IMG/VR virus record: IMGVR_UViG_2519103024_000008
Source of the DNA: a virus
Taxonomy: Duplodnaviria > Heunggongvirae > Uroviricota > Caudoviricetes
Direction: 5' to 3' (one strand)
Length of the DNA: 18,317 nucleotides
The first letter of the stretch is position 1; each line of letters opens with the position of its first letter. Positions 1 to 6,400 of this stretch are shown here, in pieces. Made by a program: the position numbers and the translations under genes. The notes beneath the pieces were generated by a model, which did not search any database, had not been told where the DNA came from, and saw only the letters and a program-made list of their open reading frames with translations.

Positions 1-171
1 TCAATAAATCCCATCATTGCGATCAACCTCATCCTTAACCATTGATGCGAGCAGTTCTTCCAGTTTCTGCGCTGATAGCTTTACCTGGTGATCTTCAGCA
101 TCTTCCCGGGCTATTGTGGTTCGCGCAGTGGCTGATTTTGCTGACATCACCACAGGGGGCAGACGGACCAT
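1..171 (-). CDS. Hypothetical small protein, about 56 aa (48 aa if it starts at the ATG at 145-147)
   Basis: Minus-strand ORF ending with TGA at 1-3. ATG at 169-171 has GGAGG about 10 nt upstream (revcomp of 182-186). The longer 93-aa ORF in the track (to 282) would run through the hairpin at 238-270, so the shorter start is preferred. No recognisable family. Confidence 0.3.
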   Translation of the reverse strand: MVRLPPVVMSAKSATARTTIAREDAEDHQVKLSAQKLEELLASMVKDEVDRNDGIY

Positions 172-235
172 TGAACCATGGCCTCCGGAACAAATAAGGG
201 CAAAAATAACAACCACTATCGAAAGCTCACAAACT

Positions 236-451
236 AACCGCAGCACGTTCCTGCATACGACGTGTCTGCGGCATAATCCCAATGATTACTCCCTGACAGG
301 ATTTGCAGGCCACTCAATATCAGGTGCAGTTGATGTATCAACACGATTCAACAATACCCGATATTTATTCCATGCCTCCAGCAACGATCTTTCTTCCTCC
401 GTTGCGATTTCCAGATCTACAGCATCCTGCAGTGGCGCAATATACTCACTG
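236..451. repeat. Direct repeat copy A (about 215 bp): 3' end of a tfa-like gene plus downstream hairpin; partner at 1286-1500
   Basis: Aligned by eye to 1286-1500 at roughly 85-90% identity, with one indel in the hairpin arm. Both copies begin at a CCGCAGCACGT inverted-repeat element and extend through the last ~55 codons of a Tfa-family ORF. Confidence 0.7.
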
Positions 452-555
452 AATTCCTGGATGTAGAACTGTGTGGTGACGGTCTTCCAGCCATTCGGCT
501 CCTGCTGTATCGAAGCATACCAGGCTATTTCAATATCGCTATGCTGCGGCAGCAT
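286..555 (-). CDS. Tail fiber assembly protein family, truncated paralog (89 aa; C-terminal Tfa domain with an unrelated 35-aa N-terminus)
   Basis: The C-terminal ~54 aa ([51 protein letters not shown]) are near-identical to the C-terminus of the Tfa at 1335-1919. ATG at 553-555. The layout resembles tfaD-ybcY-tfaX of E. coli K-12 prophage DLP12 (from memory). Confidence 0.6.
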   Translation of the reverse strand: MLPQHSDIEIAWYASIQQEPNGWKTVTTQFYIQEFSEYIAPLQDAVDLEIATEEERSLLEAWNKYRVLLNRVDTSTAPDIEWPANPVRE

Positions 556-582
556 TTAACCCCTTGTAATTCATCGCCATAA

Positions 583-611
583 TTGATTTAATTCACAAAT
601 AAAACTATAAC
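583..611 (+). promoter_or_regulatory. Putative sigma70 promoter for the methyltransferase gene (-35 TTGATT at 583-588, 17-nt spacer, -10 TATAAC at 606-611)
   Basis: Hexamers read directly from the sequence in the AT-rich region upstream of the plus-strand ORF. The predicted start site (~618) lies downstream of the ATG at 612, so the ATG at 624 may be the real start with a very short leader. Confidence 0.3.
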
Positions 612-1280
612 ATGGTGAAATCAATGAAAAAAAACACAGATGATGGGGCTAAAATTTACACACCACTTACCCTAAAGCTTTATGACTGGTGGGTTTTGGG
701 AGTATCAAATCGGCTTGCATGGGGATGTCCTACAAAGGAACACCTTCTTCCACACTTTCTGGAACATGTAGGTAACAACCATCTGGATATTGGTGTTGGA
801 ACTGGGTTTTACCTTACTCACGTACCTGAGAGTAGTCTGATATCTTTAATGGATTTGAACGAAGCTAGCCTGAACGCGGCATCTACAAGGGCTGGGGAAT
901 CAAAAATTAAACATAAAATTAGCCATGATGTTTTTGAACCTTATCCCGCGGCGTTACATGGTCAATTTGATTCCATTTCCATGTTTTACCTTCTTCACTG
1001 CCTGCCTGGAAATATATCTACAAAAAGCTGTGTAATACGCAATGCGGCGCAGGCCTTAACTGACGATGGAACTCTATACGGAGCCACAATTCTTGGCGAT
1101 GGAGTTGTGCACAATAGCTTCGGTCAAAAACTGATGCGCATTTACAATCAGAAAGGCATCTTTTCAAACACAAAAGATTCCGAAGAAGGCTTAACACATA
1201 TACTCTCAGAGCATTTCGAGAATGTTAAAACCAAGGTTCAAGGTACTGTAGTAATGTTTTCCGCTTCAGGGAAAAAATAG
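612..1280 (+). CDS. Class I SAM-dependent methyltransferase, YbcY-like prophage moron (222 aa; alternative start at 624)
   Basis: Glycine-rich motif I LDIGVGTGFY, followed by an acidic residue at the end of the next strand (SLISLMDLNE). Only plus-strand gene in the window, visibly AT-rich relative to flanking tail genes, and flanked by direct repeats. Position between two tfa-like genes matches ybcY of DLP12 (recalled). Confidence 0.7.
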   Translation: MVKSMKKNTDDGAKIYTPLTLKLYDWWVLGVSNRLAWGCPTKEHLLPHFLEHVGNNHLDIGVGTGFYLTHVPESSLISLMDLNEASLNAASTRAGESKIKHKISHDVFEPYPAALHGQFDSISMFYLLHCLPGNISTKSCVIRNAAQALTDDGTLYGATILGDGVVHNSFGQKLMRIYNQKGIFSNTKDSEEGLTHILSEHFENVKTKVQGTVVMFSASGKK

Positions 1281-1285
1281 CATCC

Positions 1286-1500
1286 AACCGCAGCACGTTC
1301 TTGCTTAAGACGTGCTGCGGCATAATCCCAATGATTACTCCCTGACAGGGTTCGTAGGCCACTCAATATCAGGTGCAGTTGATGTATCAACACGGTTCAG
1401 CAACACCCGATACTTTTTCCAGGCTTCCAGCAATGAGGTTTCTTCCTCCGTTGCAATTTCCAGATCTGCAGCATCCTGAAGCGGCGCAATATGCTCACTG
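1286..1500. repeat. Direct repeat copy B (about 215 bp): 3' end of tfa plus downstream hairpin; partner at 236-451
   Basis: See copy A. Covers tfa codons for ...[52 protein letters not shown] and about 49 nt downstream. Confidence 0.7.
1288..1320. terminator. Strong stem-loop between convergent methyltransferase (+) and tfa (-) genes; possible bidirectional terminator
   Basis: Perfect inverted repeat CCGCAGCACGT ... ACGTGCTGCGG (11 bp) with 3 further pairs inside the loop. On the minus strand it is followed within ~12 nt by TTTTTT (revcomp of 1272-1277). A degenerate copy lies at 238-270. Confidence 0.4.
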
Positions 1501-1919
1501 GCTACCTGCATCAGGTTGTTTTTTGTTTCTTCCGCCTCCCGGATCCGGAACATTTTTTCTGCTTCCGTATCCTTCACCCAGGCTGTGCCGTTCCACTTCT
1601 GAAACTCCCCTTCCGGCGATAACCAGGTAACATTTTCCGGTAACGGACCGAGTTCAGAAATAAATAACTCGTCCCCTGACGCTACGTCATAAACCGTTTT
1701 ACCCCGATGGTCTTCAACGAGATGCCACGATGCCTCATCACTGTTGAAAACAGCCACAAAGCCAGCAGGAATATCTGGTGGTGCAATATCGGTACTGTTT
1801 GCTGGCAGACCTGTATGAGGCGGAATATATGCGTCACCTTCACCAATAAATTCATTAGTTCCGGCCAGCAGATTATAAATTTTTATGGTCCGTGCTTGTT
1901 CACTCATTCTGAATGCCAT
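1335..1919 (-). CDS. tfa: Tail fiber assembly protein Tfa (194 aa)
   Basis: N-terminus [54 protein letters not shown] matches lambda Tfa as recalled. Its ATG (1917-1919) overlaps the stf stop TAA (1919-1921), implying translational coupling. Confidence 0.9.
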   Translation of the reverse strand: MAFRMSEQARTIKIYNLLAGTNEFIGEGDAYIPPHTGLPANSTDIAPPDIPAGFVAVFNSDEASWHLVEDHRGKTVYDVASGDELFISELGPLPENVTWLSPEGEFQKWNGTAWVKDTEAEKMFRIREAEETKNNLMQVASEHIAPLQDAADLEIATEEETSLLEAWKKYRVLLNRVDTSTAPDIEWPTNPVRE

Positions 1920-4900
1920 TATGCAAGCCTCACAATATAGTTAAATGCGATGTTTTTGACGGTGTTTTCCGCGTTACCAGCAGCGTTAACGGTGATGGTG
2001 TGTCCATGTGAACCAATCGCAACGGAGTGCGTATGCGCACCAATACCTACAGTATGTGCATGTGCGCCAGAACTTGCTGCAGTACCAGACAGCGAGTGGG
2101 TATGAGCACCTGCTGACTGTGTCTGAATACGTTGATAATACGATCTACGGGAAGAAGTCCCCGGGCTTACTTGATACTGTGAATCCTGGACATAAGTGAA
2201 CCCACCGCCATCATAAAATGCTAACGCAGAACCGCCGCCTCCTGGCCAACGAATACCATTACCATGAGTATGATCACCGGCAGACCCCGTAGAGCCACTC
2301 AGACTGTGCGTATGCGCCCCGGTGTTATTCGTGGATTTGGTTCCGTAATCAAACGACGATGTGTTTTTCGTCCCCAAATCCGTACTGGATGCGCTGGCGC
2401 TGTGGGTGTGCGATTTAATGCCGTCCTGTTCCTGAGACAATACGGCACGACCACTGGCGGGTTTGCCCTTAATCGTCCAGCCACGCATATCAGGGATCAC
2501 GCCTGACGGATAAGCGGCTGCAAGTTTTGGGTATGCAGATTTGTCAAAAGTCTGCCCCTGCATCAGGGCATAGCCAGACGGAACGGTATCTGATGGCCAC
2601 GGGATTGGTGCGCCAGGCGGATAAAACTGCTCTGATGGCGTATAGAGTGAATAAACTGTACCGTCCGTTAACCCTTCCGGCTTATTAGCAGAATATGCTG
2701 GTGACGTATGAATCGTCACGCTGGCATTACTGGTATAATCCCATTGAATATTTACACCAGTCGCATAATTTCCGATTGCAACGTAAATATCGTAAGTATC
2801 ACCAGATGTATTGACCCAGGCAAAATTTGTAAACCCTGTCGATGTGCGCTGCCATAAAGCACCAGTAATCCCCTTCGGATTACCATTACCTGCACGCAAA
2901 ACAAGTTCAGATATACCTGCCTGTTGAGGTGACCCCACGTTAAATCCCGCACCACCAATCAACGTAATTGAAACAACAGAACTCGCCTGTGGCATGGTTA
3001 CCGTTGCTAATTTGAACCAACCAGCACCACCGCTGAATGACATTGTTGTTGAGTTAAGCGTACCAATATCTTTCGGCGTCAGTGTTATATCCGCTGAAAG
3101 CGCCTTACCATTCACCTTACGGGCAGAAGGTACCCGACCATTCGCATTATTATTAGCTGCTTTCACTGCTTTCGGTGTCGCGGCAAGCGTTTCAGATGCG
3201 CTGTTNNNNNNNNNNNNNNNNNNNNNNNNNNNNNNNNNNNNNNNNNNNNNNNNNNNNNNNNNNNNNNNNNNNNNNNNNNNNNNNNNNNNNNNNNNNNNNN
3301 NNNNNNNNNNNNNNNNNNNNNNNNNNNNNNNNNNNNNNNNNNNNNNNNNNNNNNNNNNNNNNNNNNNNNNNNNNNNNNNNNNNNNNNNNNNNNNNNNNNN
3401 NNNNNNNNNNNNNNNNNNNNNNNNNNNNNNNNNNNNNNNNNNNNNNNNNNNNNNNNNNNNNNNNNNNNNNNNNNNNNNNNNNNNNNNNNNNNNNNNNNNN
3501 NNNNNNNNNNNNNNNNNNNNNNNNNNNNNNNNNNNNNNNNNNNNNNNNNNNNNNNNNNNNNNNNNNNNNNNNNNNNNNNNNNNNNNNNNNNNNNNNNNNN
3601 NNNNNNNNNNNNNNNNNNNNNNNNNNNNNNNNNNNNNNNNNNNNNNNNNNNNNNNNNNNNNNNNNNNNNNNNNNNNNNNNNNNNNNNNNNNNNNNNNNNN
3701 NNNNNNNNNNNNNNNNNNNNNNNNNNNNNNNNNNNNNNNNNNNNNNNNNNNNNNNNNNNNNNNNNNNNNNNNNNNNNNNNNNNNNNACTCGCGTCGTTGT
3801 CGTAGCGTCCTGAGCAGTATATTTCCCGTTAGCAAGGTCATAGGCTGCCTTTACCGACTTTGGCGTTGCCGCCAGCATTTCAGATGTGCTGTTGGTTGCA
3901 CTACTGAGCTGGACAATTCCTTTTTGTGCTGTCGTAGCGTCCTGAGCAGTATATTTCCCGTTAGCAAGGTCATAGGCTGCCTTTACCGACTTTGGCGTTG
4001 CCGCCAGCATTTCAGATGTGCTGTTGGTCGCGTTGCTAAGCTGAACTATCCCTTTCTGTGCTGTCGTTGCATCCTGTGCGGTGTATTTCCCGTTAGCCAG
4101 CTCATACGCGGCCTTAACGGCTTTTGGCGTTGCCGCCAGTGACTCGGAAGTGCTGTTAGTCGCACTGCTGAGCTGTACTATCCCCTTTTTCGTCGTGCTC
4201 GCATCCTCAAGCGCCACGGCGGATGCAATATCCTCTGCCCGTTTTGCCGCTGTCTCAGCGCGCGTTGCCGCGGATTCCGCCGTACTTTTGCTCTGAGCTG
4301 CCGCCGTCGCACTGCCAGCTGCCTCTGTCGCCTTCGTGGATGCCGTCGTGGCGCTGCCCTTTGCTGCTGACGCCTGTCTGGTCGCCTCATCTTTTGAAGC
4401 AGACGCAGATGATGCCGATGACGCCGCCGAACTGGCGGACGATGCGGCAGCCGTTTTTGAGGATTCTGCGCTGGTTTCCGACGCTTTCGCGTTCGTCTTG
4501 GATGTCTTCGCTGCGGAAGCAGACCTCGCTGCTGCGCTGGCCTGTACAGCGGCTTCGCCAGCCTTCGTTGTGGCTGTTGAAGCAGACGATGCAGCACTTT
4601 CTGCCGATTTTCCGGCGGCGGTGGCACTGGCTGAGGCCTGCCCGGCACTTGTTGACGCGGCACTGGCAGATAATGCAGCCGCTGTTTTTGAGTCTGCCGC
4701 AGCTGAGGCGCTCTGTCCCGCTGCCGTTTCAGAAGACCTGGCGTTCGTCTCGGACGTTTTTGCCGCCTTCGCAGAATTTGCTGCCGCCGTTGCCGAGGAA
4801 GCTGCGCTGCTGGCGCTCGAGGCTGCGTTCGTTTCTGATGATTTTGCCGCCTCTTTTGAAGCCGACGCATCCCGTGCTGAAGTGGCTGCTTCTGACGCTT

Positions 4901-5582
4901 TCGTGGTCGCGGTGGATGCAGAAGTGGCTGCTGATTGTTGTGACGCTGCGGCATTCGTTTCTGACGTTTTCGCGGCACTGGCGCTGGTAGCTGCCGCGCT
5001 TTTTGATGACTCTGCAGCAGCAGCACTTTTTGCTGCTTCACGGGCCTTTGTCGATGCCGTTCCTGCGCTGGAAGACGCTGACTGAGCCGACGACGCGGCC
5101 TGTCCGGCTGACGTGCTGGCGGCACGTGCTGAGGCTGCAGCATCGGTTGCATGAGTTGCCGCCTCGCTGGCTGATGCACTGGCATCGCTGGCTGATTTTT
5201 TCGCGGCTGCCGTATTCTGTGCAACCGCGGAGGCGTTACGTGACACCTCTTCCACCATCTGCTCAAAGCGGCGCAGTGCCTCCGGTCGGACATCATCCTC
5301 CGTCATGGCACCGAGAAAATCATTCAGCGTACCTGGTCTGGAACCTTCATAGACGGTAATGGTCCCGGCATGTGAAGGCGGAAAACCTTCAACCAGCAGG
5401 GTGACGCTGTACTGACCATGCTCAACATCCATGCTGTAACGTCCGGCTTCATCCGGATTTTCAGAGGCCACCGTGTTCACCACCACCGTGCTGCTGGTTC
5501 GTCTGGCCTTCAGCACAATGGTGCAGTTCTGTACTGGTTTTCCTGTGCCATCTTTAAGCACGCCAGAAATTTTTACTGTCAT
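1919..5582 (-). CDS. stf: Side tail fiber protein Stf, interrupted by assembly gap 3206-3786
   Basis: N-terminus [28 protein letters not shown], a long Ala/Ser/Thr-rich low-complexity region, 44-aa [44 protein letters not shown] repeats, and a His-rich C-terminus ([58 protein letters not shown]), all typical of lambda Stf / T4 gp37-type fibers. ATG at 5580-5582. Confidence 0.85.
3206..3786. other. Assembly gap (581 N) inside stf
   Basis: Run of N read directly from the sequence; it abuts a near-identical 132-bp tandem repeat array. Confidence 1.
3787..4196. repeat. Coding tandem repeat array in stf, unit 132 bp (44 aa), at least 3 units (3801-3932, 3933-4064, 4065-4196) plus a partial unit at the gap edge
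   Basis: Units 1 and 2 are nearly identical at DNA level; unit 3 is more diverged. A related motif ([17 protein letters not shown]) reappears on the far side of the gap near 3150-3205. Confidence 0.85.
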
Positions 5583-5593
5583 ACTTTTCCACC

Positions 5594-5628
5594 AATAAAA
5601 AAAGCCCGCAGCAGTGACGCCACGGGCT
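5594..5628 (-). terminator. Putative rho-independent terminator downstream of lom
   Basis: On the minus strand: stem AGCCCG/CGGGCT (5603-5608 pairing 5623-5628) followed by TTTTTTTAT (revcomp of the A-run at 5595-5602). The ~14-nt loop is long, so confidence is low. Confidence 0.35.
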
Positions 5629-5733
5629 TCAGGACAGTGTAACTTTACGTTTCCTCAAACGCAGTTCACCCCATAAAGTGGATGAACCTGCGTATCATAA
5701 CAATATTTACAGAAGATAAATCGGCGTCTGTTG

Positions 5734-6333
5734 TCAGAAACGGTATCCGATACCAACAATAAATGCATCCGTTCGCCAGTCGCCACTACCGGAACCTTCA
5801 TAAGCAAGGTCAATGGTCACGGATTCGGTCGGGTTAAACTGCACGCCAGCCCCCCACGCCAGAGACGTGTTGCTGTGGCGACCGTCATCACTTCCGGTCA
5901 GCACATCGTGCGTTTTCCCCTTGTTGTCAGTTACGCGGAGATAATCCCCGGAGAAAGTCGACACACGGCTGTAAGCCACACCCGCCATCGAATACGCGCT
6001 GAACCATTCATTCACGCGTACAGACGGCCCCGCCATCACGCTGAACCAGCGGTTACGCACGGAATCTTCATGCCAGCGGGTATCGCTGTAGTGCGTTTTT
6101 TGCTCATCCTCAGCATTGGCATAACTGAAGGACGTAATCAGCCCCAGCGCGTCCGTAAACTCATAACGGTATTTCACGTTAATCCCGTTCAGATTATCGC
6201 TGCCGGGAGCGTTCGTACGGGCATGAAGATACCCCGCGCTCAGTGTGGACTGATGTTCAGACGCCCATGCAGGCGCACCGGATACGGACAGACAGATGGC
6301 TGCGGACAAAATGACTGCACAAACTTTACGCAT
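5734..6333 (-). CDS. lom: Outer-membrane beta-barrel protein Lom (Ail/Lom family), 199 aa
   Basis: Signal peptide MRKVCAVILSAAICLSVSGAPAWA and C-terminal AYEGSGSGDWRTDAFIVGIGYRF ending in Phe, matching lambda Lom as recalled. SD GAGG upstream of the ATG at 6331-6333. Sits between J and stf as in lambda. Confidence 0.85.
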   Translation of the reverse strand: MRKVCAVILSAAICLSVSGAPAWASEHQSTLSAGYLHARTNAPGSDNLNGINVKYRYEFTDALGLITSFSYANAEDEQKTHYSDTRWHEDSVRNRWFSVMAGPSVRVNEWFSAYSMAGVAYSRVSTFSGDYLRVTDNKGKTHDVLTGSDDGRHSNTSLAWGAGVQFNPTESVTIDLAYEGSGSGDWRTDAFIVGIGYRF

Positions 6334-6354
6334 AATTACCTCTCGCTTTTCTGC

Positions 6355-6381
6355 AATAAAAAAGGCGCCATTTCTGGCGCC
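6355..6381 (-). terminator. Rho-independent terminator between J and lom
   Basis: Minus strand: GGCGCC-AGAAAT-GGCGCC hairpin (6364-6381) followed by TTTTTTATT (revcomp of 6355-6363), about 20 nt downstream of the J stop. Confidence 0.5.
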
Positions 6382-6400
6382 CGTATATGGGTTATAAAAT

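Noticed and set aside
1-282. Longer 93-aa version of the first minus-strand ORF
   Set aside because: Its N-terminal part would be translated through the terminator-like hairpin at 238-270 directly after the tfa-like stop, and its translation there is Cys/Arg/Val-rich. The shorter start with a GGAGG upstream is more plausible.
541-555. Palindrome ATGCTGC-G-GCAGCAT at the start of the tfa-like fragment
   Set aside because: Arms are only 7 bp with a 1-nt spacer, so no hairpin can form; it overlaps a start codon and is probably coincidental.
236-1500. Invertible tail-fiber segment (Gin/Pin-type host-range switch) suggested by duplicated tfa 3' ends
   Set aside because: The two repeat copies are in direct, not inverted, orientation, and no serine invertase gene is present in the window.
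3175-3813. ORFs consisting mostly of X in and around the three N runs (also 8547-9551, 8611-9510, 8663-9640, 11608-12549, 11705-12871, 11763-12611)
   Set aside because: Artifacts of translating N runs; no sequence information.
3787-4196. Regular 132-bp repeats considered as a possible CRISPR array
   Set aside because: The repeats are contiguous with no unique spacers, are in frame within stf, and encode a conserved 44-aa fiber motif; there are no cas genes.
4178-5359. Long ORFs in several frames on both strands (4178-5296 minus, 4223-4990 plus, 4336-5085 plus, 5003-5359 plus) overlapping the stf Ala/Ser-rich region
   Set aside because: They arise from the compositional bias of the GC-rich, low-complexity coding sequence. 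Their translations are implausible (Arg/Gln/Pro-rich or pure Ala/Asp runs), and the stf frame is the only one continuous with recognisable fiber domains.
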